Shown piece after piece: positions 47,559 through 60,000 of a stretch of DNA of 64,000 bases (position 1 is the first letter of the stretch; each line of letters opens with the position of its first letter). Location: assembly GCF_032191835.1 (NCBI RefSeq), contig NC_083230.1, positions 92,256,001 to 92,320,000 on the forward strand, read 5' to 3'. Origin of the DNA: Heteronotia binoei (taxonomy: Eukaryota). The position numbers and the translations under genes were made by a program. The notes under the pieces were generated by a model. It made no database searches. It had not been told where the DNA came from and was given only the letters and a program-made list of their open reading frames with translations.

Positions 47559-48056
47559 TCAATTAATTTATCACTGCTTCTTTTCAACACAAAGCAATTA
47601 AGACTTTTTAAAAATGCCATAATTAAGCACCAGAAGATACCATAATACATTGCATTTTTGTTTGCAAGGAATTGGCAGATCAGAAGTGTTTTAATTCTAT
47701 TTAAAGCACCATGTTTGAGAATTTATGCATTCACATTTGACCTGTTATTTCGTAATTATTCCAGAGTGATAGAATAGATGCTTCTTTCAAAACAAAATAT
47801 TTTCTTTCATTTTCATGATAGTTATTGAGCTATCCATCAGCAATGTTTAACAGTATTGTTAAATATAAAATTGTTCCAGATCCCTGATGCAAGGAACTTT
47901 GAGCACTTGCAAGAAAGAGTCCTTGTAAACAATGATACATATAAAATAAGTGAATAATTTTTGTAGATTGTTGACTGTACAATGAACAATTTTCACACAG
48001 AATAACCAACATGATCAGAACCAGAATATACACCTCAGTCTTAATTTAAAACAATG

Positions 48057-48638
48057 GGTTGGATCCAAAGAGGCCCTTCCCCCTAGGTTTAAAGAGCATA
48101 TTTCCATTAGTAGACGGGTGTTACCATCAAAAGCAGTGTAGTTCTTCCACCAGTGAAACACATAATTTGCCCAGTATTAGAGCAAAAGGCAGAAGTAGCC
48201 ACCTCAAACCCAGTGACACTCAACTGAGATGAAACCTCCAACCAAGATCCCATGGAAGCCTTATCTGTCTAGCTGGGTGGTCTGGCAAGGCTGAGCTGCC
48301 TCTACTTCCAAGCCTCAGCAAACAAGAGCAAGAAGTTAATAAGCAGCCATAGAAAAGACACAGAAAGCACAAGCACATTTTCAGTTCTTATTACTACTGC
48401 AGCCTTCTCCCATGTCTAGCACGATGGCTGCTCCCCCATTCTGCCTGGGTAGTGAGCAGATGCCCACTTGAGGGGGAAGCAGGCAAGAGTTGCCAGCATG
48501 ACCTGCCAGCTCCCCCTGAACCTACCTCCATTATACTGGCTGCAACAAGGCACTCTGCTAAAGACAGGGAGTCCAACTTCAGCTTGTATCTGTTGTTAAA
48601 TGATTCTGTCTACTGCTAATAGTACTTTGGATCCAACC
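48057..48638. mobile_element. Putative MITE in the TDG 3'UTR region
   Basis: 13-bp perfect inverted termini ggttggatccaaa / tttggatccaacc; no clear TSD. Confidence 0.45.
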
Positions 48639-50911
48639 TGTTTTCTAGGATTTTAAGCCACATGATTGCAAGGGTGGGGGAGACCATAAACATGCTTATC
48701 TCCTAAAAAGCACATGAGAACACATTTTGAAAAGGTTTAAGCTGCTACGAGGCTATGGATTTACTTTAAATTGATTCATTCAAGCCATAATTGCTAATAC
48801 ACACAAGTACTTAAAGGAAACATCCAGCAGTCTACGGTGCAGTTAAATAATTCAGATCTCTATGTACACATGATGGAGAGACAATTTCTTGTGCATAATT
48901 CAAGTATCCAAAGCACTTAATTATAAGATTATCAAAACTACTATTTGATCCTCTTATTGCTTTTACTTCAAGTCATCTCTTCCCTGCTATGACAAAGAAA
49001 GAAAGAAGTGGAAAAAGAAGCAAATTACTAATTCAGGCACAGGCTGAACAGCTTTAAAATTTTAGGAAAGACAGGGCACGGTCCATATGTTGTGCAGACA
49101 GAATGCCTGCTTGCAACAGAATGTAGCAGGGTTAATGGAGCTCTTTTTCTCTCCACCTGCCAAGCCCAAACAATTTAATGGGATAACTGAGGGAATGTGT
49201 GCAGGCCCTTGTCCCTATCAAGCCTTCCCTCATCATGCCTTTTGAGTAAGTCAAAGAGAAAGAGGACTAGATGGGAATATGAGAGATGCACTAAACTTCC
49301 ATTCCCCTATTGTCCTGTCCCAGATACCTACAAATATATACAGGTGAAAAAGGGGAGGAACCCCCCCCCCCAGCTTTTGAGTCCTAATATAACCCTCTCC
49401 ACTCAGGTTCTGGGCCTGCAGATCAAGAGGATTGTGCCCAAAGTATTCAAGGAAAGCTTCATTAGTAGGTAAGTAATGTCCATTCTTCGTGTTCTGCTTT
49501 GTAACTGCCTAAGACTTGAATGTCCTATCATCAATATTTTGCTCAGTAAACACTAAAAAGGAAACAATGTCTGCATTTTGGAAACCTGCAGAAAGAAGTT
49601 TGCTTCTTCTCAAGGTGGCTCTATATTCAGCCCAGACATTCCCTGAAATACCGAATCCTTCCATTCCAGGAGAAACACTGTAGGCTGCCCTTCTAATAGC
49701 TGAACTATAGTTGAACATTCAGAGAATAAGGGGAAGGGAAGGAACAGGATATGGCTGCTGTAGAGTCCCCTCCCTGTGATGAAGCAGAAATGAAAGCTGG
49801 CATTCAGAAGCACAGGTACTCTCCCCAGTCCCATGGACACTAAAGGTTTAAGAGTTCATGCATACAGGCTTATTGTCCAGTGAATGTAGTGTCAAATGAC
49901 TTGCATGTATGAAAGGCCCACTGCAGATAATACTTTTCTTACAGCTTTTTAAAGATGTCCAGAAAAAAAAAAGGGGGGGGGAGAGTAATTTGCCAAAATC
50001 AGCCTTATGGCATCGAAAGTATTTCAAGTCCTCATTTAAAAAAAAAAAACCCTCATCCATCTTATCTGAACTGAAAACACCTTCATTTTAAATCAAGCCC
50101 TTAGTTGACATCAGCAAGTAGCCGTATCTGACTGGCTACACAGCATTGCTGTTATCACATTCGACACTCAATTTCCAATTGTCTGGAACCACTTTGAGAA
50201 GGAACAGAACAGGAAAAAAGCAGCAGGGTGAAAAAGTGTTGACAAAATGTTATTTTCATCCAAGAGTGAAGCTGGAGAATGGCTGGCTCAGCTTTAGTTT
50301 TTCAGTGGAGTCAGTTTACATGTTCAGCTACCATTAATAATAATAATACGAAGGCAGGCATGAACCAGGACTGAATTAAGGTTGGGGACTTGCAAAAAAG
50401 CTACAAATACTATAAAGCAGGATTATTTCAATTTTTTAGAGAGGGCAGGCCTATTCAGCTATGACTGTGTAACAGCTTTACTGGACATTAACCTCGCTAC
50501 AGGCCTAACCATGTTATATTTATAAGGGACTTCCCACCTCCTTGGATGTACTAAACACATATGGAATATCCCAGCACATGAGAGGACAAGTTACAAATAT
50601 ATGTTCACAGACCTCTACATTACAAAATACAGATTTAAAACAAGAAATAAATTGACCTCTCATTCATGAAGACCTATTTAAATACAAAAAGCCTCTTACA
50701 AAGAAAGTCTCTTTCTCTTAAAAATTGTGGACATTTTCTTAAAATGACCTAGTTCATTGGTCTAAATCTAACACAATTGGTTTGAATGAGTGTAAGAAAA
50801 CTAAGAGGTAAAATGCTATTAAAAGCTTCAGTTGTGGAACTGAGGTACCATTCTTGACAACTGTGTACATAAAAAAACTGCAGCGCTTAGGTATGACTGA
50901 AAAGGCAGACT

Positions 50912-51048
50912 TTAAGCATTGTTTTCTTGTTCCTCTTGTGGCCTGCAGTTGTTAAATTCAGGAATCTGGTCTGTGAAGGATTGTGTCATCCACTGTCCAT
51001 TGGGGACATCTCCAAAGGAAGATCCACTGCTACATTCTGCACTGGATG
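50912..51048 (-). CDS. TDG: TDG last coding exon (137 nt to TAA)
   Basis: [45 protein letters not shown]. Confidence 0.95.
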
Positions 51049-54000
51049 CTGCATAAAACAAATCAAAATGTGTTACTAATATAGCAGACATTGTGTCAAA
51101 AAGAAAAGACATTACCAGGGCACAATTTTGGATCATTTTAAATTCATATACCTGCTGAACTACAACACAGCTTCTGGAGATGCTGTGGAGACTTATATTC
51201 CATTCTGAATTTTTCAGTCTTTATCTTTAAAGAGTAAAGTTTTAAGCTTTTTACTTGTTAAGATGGGGAAGGGGGAAAATATGAAAGCAGTATTCTGTCC
51301 AACTGCACTACACAGTAGCAAAATCTGTTCCCAGTTTTGTTGCCAATTAATACAAAGGCACTAGGATGATCAAGAAGCATCTGAAACAGTTACATTTTAT
51401 TAAACTTAGCTTTGCTACTAAATAACATTCTCAAACTGAGTTTTCCCATCTCACACTAGCTTCCAAAGCGCTCTGTCCACACACTGTAATGTCCCCTGAA
51501 CAGCCTTGCTAGTTACAATTATTTCATTTAAAAGCACAAGTTGTAATGAAGGGAAACAAAAACCTGGATCCTGCCTAAGAATTTCAAGAACAGAAGGTTG
51601 TGTATGTGTGTGAATATGGCAGCCACTCCCCACCCCCAGCTAATCCTGGGGGGGGACCACCATCTCCAGAAGCAGCATTTCTTGAGACATTCTGAGCTGC
51701 AGTGGGAGATGGGGAACTCTCAGTTCAGTTCTCAGACAGAAATTCTTCTACCTGTGGAAATTTTAGGCTGCATCCAAACTACTAACACTACTGAGAAGGC
51801 TGAATTGTACTGAGTTACATAAATCTGCACATTTTTCTCTCAGAATTCTGAGAAACTTAATTTGTAAGCTGATGCAAAAAAAAAGAAAAAGAAAAAAAAA
51901 GGACCAAGTTGAAAAGCACCTAAACTGCTTTATAATTTTGCACTGTTCTAAACATATTGCTTCAGTCGTCTAAACAAAATAAGTAATAAAATTTATTTGT
52001 ATTGCATTTCTATTTTTTTTCTAGAACAGCTAGATTTGAGTCCAGGAGCACCTTAGAGACCAACCACATTTTCAGGGCATAGGCTTTTGAAAATCAAACT
52101 CCCATTGTCAAATACCTGCTTAAGGTATCTGATGAAGGTAGCTTTGACTTTCAAATGAAACAAATGGTTTCATTTTAAAACCAGGAAAATCTTGTTCGTT
52201 TCTAAGGTGCGACTGGAGTCAAACCTAATTATTTTTTTTTAAGAAACTGAATTAATTTTTAAAGAAATCCATAATCTACCTGTTCCATTTGATGGAAAGT
52301 TGCATGTTTCACTCTCATTGGCTGGTTTCTCACTGTAAGCTCCTCCAAAAGCGGCTTCATAACCTGGATCATATTTTTCTTCTTTTACAGCCATTTTCTT
52401 AGCATCCTCTGGACAATGAAAGCCAACAAAGTTAATTCACAGGCAGTAATTCGGGTCCGTACAATTTTATGACAACTATGCCTCAAATATGCAACAACAC
52501 CCACACAGTTCATAAGTTCATGGCACATGGTTTATTTTACACATGCATTCAGCAAACTGAATTTAGTTGAACTTGCTAAGTTATACCTTGTGCAAGCTGC
52601 AAGTCAAAGGTGTATTGCACTTCTTGGACCTCTGTGTTTGACAAAATGCCTTTCAGCTGATCCCTTAGATCTTTCAGCTTTATATAATAATGAACTTTAT
52701 CTTGTGCACGAGGAAACTGAGCACATCTTGCACTGGATGATGGCATAACATAGCAAAGCTGTGCAAAACAAACAACAAAGGAGCAAGCAGCATCAGATCA
52801 AAAATCACCAAGTTGCTACAACAGTTATTAAAACACTATTATTGACTTGAATGTATTTCAAACTCTTCTCTCTTCAATCTAAGGCAGTGAAATTTTAAAA
52901 ACTGGACAAGTAATGCTGGCTTTCAATGAATATACAAGGCATTCTCAAATTAGGTATCCTAATCTTAATTAGATATCCTTCCAAAAATCAGATCTATACA
53001 TCTAAATTCACTAATCTCTGATTTTTTGCACTTGGAGAAGATTGAAGTATCAACTGATTAAGATCCTATGCCACTTTTATATTTTTAACCAAGGCAAGCA
53101 CTTACCGTTTCTGTGTCTGGAACTTTATGTGGCTGTAGTCCGAATTCCAGCTTTTTAACCTTTATTCCAAAAACCTCTTTACTAAAAATGTCATAAATAC
53201 CTACAGCAAAATTAAAGATAACCCATTGTTAGACAAAATACAAGACCAGTAGAATACAAAATTCAAGACCATACTACAGAAGCTGCTTAAGTAAAAATCT
53301 TACATTTTCCATTAAAAACTGCTATTTTAGGTTGATACTTCTGTAATTTCTGCACCAGAATTCGTCCTCCTTCCCGAAACTCTTTGCTAAAAGGAAAAAG
53401 AACTAAAAATAAAAATTGGACCACAGTTACCAGTGTTTGCTACATGATATTTTGAATTTTATCCTACCTGGAAAGATCCTTGCTACCTGGTGTTGTCCTT
53501 TCCACCATATTTGTAAATCCAATACCATATTTATGCGGTAAGGTATGATCATCCATATGGTTCAACTGTTGGTCACTAAGCCCAGACATAAACAGACACT
53601 TCCCTGTGAAGTCAGAAAATGCATGTTTCTTATGATATCAAGATCTACTTTCAACAAAGTATTTATTTCTGAACATATGATAAGCATAATGTTAAGCATG
53701 CATGCATATTAATACTATAGGCACTTTTGCATCTTGCATAGTCAGGATTTTTTTTTTTAAATCACTGATTAGATCAGTAGTCTTCAATCCATGGATGAAG
53801 AAGCCACACCAGCTAGCTTGTGAGCCCTTACAGAGCAGCCATTTTGTCTTCTGCTGCTTTTTGGAAAGACCTAATTCTAGTGCAAATGTGTGGAGAGCAA
53901 GGGTGCCATACATTCTGACTCCTTGCAGGCTAGCATAGCAGCAGGGTAGTGAGGAGAGGTCATTCAGTCACGGGGAGGATTCCCACAAGGCTCTGATCCT

Positions 54001-57000
54001 TGCCTTGTGTTTCCTGCTTCCAGCTCTGCAGACTGGTCTTGACTCTGGGTCTCTTCCTCCTGATCTGTGATTCTGATACTATGTGACTTCTTTTCATGTG
54101 CTTGCAGCTCCTTGGGCCCTGCTGCCACAGATATGGAAAGGCTGAACTGCACTGGACTACATCACTAGCATTTTAAAACCAGTTTTTTCCCTGTTCTCTC
54201 ATATCATGTGTCCAGACTGGCAAAAGGACACATAATGAGCGACTGATACTTGTGTAAGGTGGTGGCACAGCCCACACCTCATTCCAGAATCCTGTCAGTG
54301 TTGAGGATTCCATTTTATGGCCTTTGTACAAAATTCTACTACAAACTTGTCTGCAATCTTTGTTCTATCATTGCTCCTCACCTTCAGTTTTTTTTAACGC
54401 TGAACTGGCACCAACTCAGCATTTTAAATATCTTCCATTTTAAAAGTTTCTTGCAGCAGAAGCCTGGGTATATAATTAAAGAATCTCTAAGATATCACCC
54501 TCACCCCCACAGCCATAATCAGAAACATTCAATTCTGAATTAAAACAAAACCTTAAAAATTTAGCAGTTCTAAATCAGAAAGAAAAAAAAATTAGCAGAC
54601 GAGACAAGACGACTTACAAAAGTGGTTTCCAGGTCCTGGGTAATGATGCCCTTTGTAGGCTGCCATTAAGCCTGGATTTATACCAATCTAGAAAGCAAAA
54701 CATCAATGAAATAATTGTGATTTTGAACTGATGAAGAATTTTACATGCTAAATAAAATATACACAATAGCATATAACTATCCATGAATCCACTCTAAGTT
54801 GCTGGGGTAAGGGCAAGATACCGGTCTAAAACTTGAAATAAAATCTGGGAGAGGGCACTACATTTTAGCAATAACTTTATGTACAGATGGGAAGTCCACC
54901 CATAAGACAATTCATTTTAGTACGTTCTTTAAAGCAAGTCTTACTTAGATGTCAAATCCAATTAAATCCATGTGATTATTACAGGTGGTTAATGATTGAT
55001 ATGTTAGTCCTATTAAACTAGTAAGACTGAAATGCTGATGCAAAGCACAACAGCAGCACTAAAACCACACATTGACTACTATGCAGTTGCTGTAATTAAT
55101 CTCTGTTCTGCTCAGGTGCAATTTTTTTGAAGAATGGCTAAAATTAGTCTCAGAATTAGCACATACATTATGATCTAGTTAGTGCACATCAGTAAGAGTT
55201 CCTGAAGGGATACCACTGGACTGATGTCCAGGGGACTGTAAGTGTTGCTCCTAGTCAAGGGCAGAAGGTAAAAACACACTGCTCCTGGTGGATGGTAGAA
55301 GATGAGACTAGTTGGTAGGCTACCCTCAGTGACACTCTGATGGCATCACTTCCCTGGCTCCAGCAGAGATGCCAGAGGAGAGAGGCCCACACCAGAGCAG
55401 ACACTCACAGCTCTGTAGCGGTATCAGCAAACACTAAAAGATTGCTGCTCACAAGAAGCTTACTACATCATGCTATTTTCTTTCCTCATCTTCTTGGAGA
55501 AAAATCTTTCAATACGCCATTTTGTCTCTCCCAGCTGACTGCACAGAAACTGATAGACTTGCAGTTTTATAGAATGTAAACAATGACAGCATGCAGCAGC
55601 ATCAAGAAACTGCTGAGTTCCATTTGTTGCAGCACAATAATGGTTATCACTACCTGGCCCCTCTTGGGAAGGGGGCAGAAGCAGTACTGGACTTTTCTCC
55701 CTAGCTGTAGCTTCTTCTGTCCTCTCCTGTTTACTGCTATGCCTGTCTGAGAAGCATATGCATACACCTGCATGACAAGCACACCCACTCCAGTCAGTTT
55801 TAGCAAACTTCAGCTAGCATCTCTCACCTGTAAGTCAAACTCCTCCATATGCCTCACTATTTCACACTCCTATACACATACCCTGCCCCCAAGTGCACTT
55901 CCTTCAGAGTCCCACCAGCAGAGGAATTGTCCTGTTGGAGACCCTTTATGCATCTGACAAAGCAGCCATCAAAGCTTGTGCCACAATAAACCTGACAATC
56001 CATTATCAAAAGCAACAATAACTGTTGCATACTTCAGCCCAGACTGCCCTCTAGAATTTATCACCAAGATGCTACCTAAACTAGCTGGGTGAGAGAAACA
56101 AATGCTTTTAACACGTGACTTACAATTACAATGTCCAAATTGAAAGTCAGTATGTCAGGCAGTGTTTTGGTCAACAATTCAGCTTCAGATACACCATTAA
56201 AACGATCCACTTTTCTTTTGACTTTGAAAGTGTCTGTGATTTTCTCTTGCTTGCCTTTTGACTTGGCAGCTTTAGCAGCAGGCTTTTTTGGTTCAGTAGA
56301 TTTATTTTTTCTCTTCCTTCCTTTTGTAGCAGCTGAAAAAGACAGTCAAAGCTCATGATATACTTTTTAACAATTTCAGAGAGTGGCCGTGTTGGTCTGC
56401 AATTGAACACTAGATTTAAGACCAGATGCACCTCAGAGATTTTGTCAGAGCTGACTTAATCTAACTGGATTTGAATTTGGTTTTATAAGAGTGATACTGA
56501 AAATGTGAAATTTCAGCTTACAATGATATGCAACAATATATTCAAACGTGACAGACTCCTATCAGCTAAATGTTGCCTTCCAAAGAATATTCACAGTATT
56601 CTAGGCCCCAAATATTCCATCCTGTTAATGAACTTGTAAGAGGGTAGAGCCACCCACAAGCACCCTGTGGGGGGAAACAAGGTCTCTCATTGGGCTGTGT
56701 GAGAACACACATCCCTGAAATGCAGCTGATGGCACAATACGGCTGTATGTCAATATGTGGAAAGTAACCTACTGAACAGGTGACATCACTTCCAGTGACA
56801 TCAGGGTGTGTGGCCTAATATGCAAATGAGTTTCTGCTGAGTTTTTTCTACAAAAAAAGCCCTGCTTTTTACTGTATCTGAATCATAAACCTGTTAAGTT
56901 TCTTAAAGGTTTGGAAATTAGTTTCTAGCAGTCAACCCAGTTCTGATACTGCAAAAAGTACATAAAAGAAAGTAACTAGAAAAATCCACTTTATACAACT

Positions 57001-60000
57001 TCAGCTCCAAGTACTGGTTTGGTTCAGTCGTAATAGCAAACCATACTTTTTCACTTTGTGAATTACCCTTGTACACTTTTCCCATTCATTCATAGCAAGA
57101 TAATCCATTATCATGAACTATTTCCCCATAGTTCGGTTAGAATTTGAACTATGGTTTCAATTTGGCCTGTGATTTAGGATTCCAAAGTGGAAACCATCCT
57201 AGTCCAGATGAACTGGCAAACTATGCTTCACCACAAACCCAGAAGTACTGAATCTTGCCTATGTAATAAAATGGGGCATGGAATGCCACACTGAGTTCTT
57301 TGTGAAAATAGCAGCATAAATGCGTGAGGGAGTTCAAAGAGAAGAAGTGAGTGGGAAGGGGCCAATCATAGTTTGCTCTTCCATTTGATCCTAGCAATTT
57401 TTTTTGCAAAGTACATTCAACCTCTAGCCCAGGGGTGGGGAACTTCCATCCCGAGGGCCGTATGTGGCCCTTGAGGTCACTTGGTGTAGCCCTCGGGGAT
57501 TGCTGGGCTGAACCGAGCCATGTGGCAGCCTCCCTGGGGCCTGGCTGGCCAGTGAGAATCTTGGGGCTCAGCCGTGCTGTGCAGCAGCCTCCCCAGGGCC
57601 AGGCAGGGATCACAGGGCCCAGATGTACTATGTGGCAGCCTCCCTGGGGCCTGGCCAGCCGGCCAGAATTGCTGCAGGGTCTGGAAAAGTTTCTGTCACA
57701 GTTCAGTCTGCACCTGATTATCTCAGATAGTGTGGTCTAATATGCTAATATTAGGGGATGTGGTCTAATATGCTACTGAATTCCTGCTGCACTTTTTCTA
57801 CAAAAAAGCCTTGGACCTAAGCATTTGCCTAGGGCGGCAGGGCGGCCAGATTAGGCTCTCCTCACATGACTTCAAATAGAAAAACAATTATTTGCATTAA
57901 TTTTGCCAGCCAGAATCGTTCTCCCTTGGTGGAGCACTGTTTTTTAAATTGATCATTTTTATGGCCCGCGAATGATGTTATAAATATCCATATGGCCTTT
58001 GGCAGAAAAAAGGATCCCCACCCCTGCTCTAGCCACTAATCCAGGGGTGTCAAACATGCAGTTTGGGGGCTGAATCAGGCCTCCGGCGGCTCCTATCAGG
58101 CCCCCAAGCAACTGTCTGTCATCTGCTTCCTTCTCCCTATTTTTTGCTTTTTTCTGCATAACAGCTTGCTTTGCAAGGCTTGCTCAATTGCACAGGAGCT
58201 ACAGATAAACCCCCTGTTTTTTCCATTGGCTGAGACTCCTTCCATGGGGAGAAGGGGAGGGTGAGCTTGCTTTGCCAGGCTCTCTCAATCACACAGCAGA
58301 GGTGCTGAGCCAAGCCTCTCTTCCTTCTATTGGCTGAGGCTCCCCCCCAGTCCCCTGGAGAAGGAAAGAAAGAGCCAGAACTTCCTTTGCCCAGTTCCCT
58401 GAATCTCATGGAAGAAATACAAAGAAAACATCTTTAAGATCAAAGAGTGCTAATGTTTTAAGCTTTTAAAATGTTTTTTTTAAAAAAAATATTTGTGTTT
58501 GTCTGTGTTCTTTACAAAATGTATATCTCTGCTACCTAATCTTAAATAGGTATACACATGTCCCGGCCCAACATGGCTTGACCCAACCCAGCATGACCCA
58601 GCTCAACCAGGTCTTATTTATTCAGATCCAGCCCTCATAACAAATGAGTTTGACATCCCTGCACTAACCTGCAATTTACTTCAGTCCAGTCAATGTTGCT
58701 CACTGCCATAAGTGTTATCTCAGTAACTATCAAGGTATCCCTTGCTGAAAGATGGAAACAGATGTGCATGTTCAGCCATCCTTGGGAAAGCTGAACATTT
58801 TGTTGCAGGTCCCCATTTGTACAATGTTTAATCAGAAAAACATGCAAGAAAAGTACTTTAGAAAGAAAGACCACTTAGATGATCTTAAGATCAAAGCATC
58901 ATACACTGATAGCAGAATTATGGGGTAACTTAGGGGGGAAAATCCATACAGTAACTCTTGTACACCACAGAAACATATAGCATTTGAACATAATTTCCAT
59001 ATACAGTGGTGCATGATCAAACTGCATAAATTATGAAGAAAACTGCACAAACGCTATCCACAAAAGAAAGAGACTCATTACTTGCAATGGGACAATTTTA
59101 CATTAGTTACACCACCACTCTTAGAAATGTAGCCATTCTACTGTTTTCAGAAATCCTAATGGACACATTCCTACACAGAGCTAAAACTTTTCAAGGATAT
59201 GAGCAAGACAAACAACTGCTTCCACATTTCTAATCTAGTTAATTCAAATTAACTTAAGTAAAATGATAGTTTTAAGATACCTTGAACAGGTTCCTGAATG
59301 CAGTTTGGATCCAAAACTCCTTGAAGAGTTTGCTGTTCATTCATCATCTCCATGTTTGGAGATGCAGTCATCATTTCATGGAAAGGAAAAGGATAAAATG
59401 CTGGCTGGAGAGGAGTGTAATATCTAATAAAAAAGAGAAAGCTTGTTACTTGAAATTCTCTTTAGTTTACAAAATGTTTCTATAGTATGCCTATCACACA
59501 AAATGATCAGGGTTTTTTTTAAAGCACATGACTAAAGCAGTCATAGGGTTAATTCCTAAACTCTACTTTTTAAATCAGAGGACTGGTTAGCTTCATTTGC
59601 AAGACAGATTTTGCTGAATATCTGTGTGGCATATTTGGCAACACTAATTTATACTTCTTCACACACACACACACCCCTCCCCTATCTTTATTCATACACC
59701 AGTACTTCCATAAAGAAACAAGATGCCTATCACACAACATGATTAGGGGTTTTTTTAAAGCACATGACTAAAGCAGTCATAGGGTTATTTCCTAAACTCT
59801 ACTTTTTAAATCAGAGGACTGGTTATTATTCTGTATCAACTATTCTGGAGTAAAGAGACCGATTGTCAATTAATCCTTATGTATATAAAATCACACTAAT
59901 CTGATTTAGGCATTTCAAATCTTTCATCCTTTTAGATGAAGCGGGGTAGAGTAAATAAAGAACCAATTCCCAGAACCTTTGATGCAGGGAATTGGGAAAA

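Noticed and set aside
53964-54152. Possible extra TDG exon (acidic 62-aa ORF, NAGNAG acceptor)
   Set aside because: Exons 4 and 5 join in frame across the invariant HFWKC; no convincing donor and no homology.
55567-55806. VYAYASQTG motif resembling an RTE endonuclease
   Set aside because: Too short and degraded to call with confidence.
57500-57770. Short repeated units (tggcagcctccctggggcc; gtggtctaatatgcta) that superficially resemble an array
   Set aside because: Internal sub-terminal repeats of hAT elements; only two units each, no unique spacers, eukaryotic context; not CRISPR.
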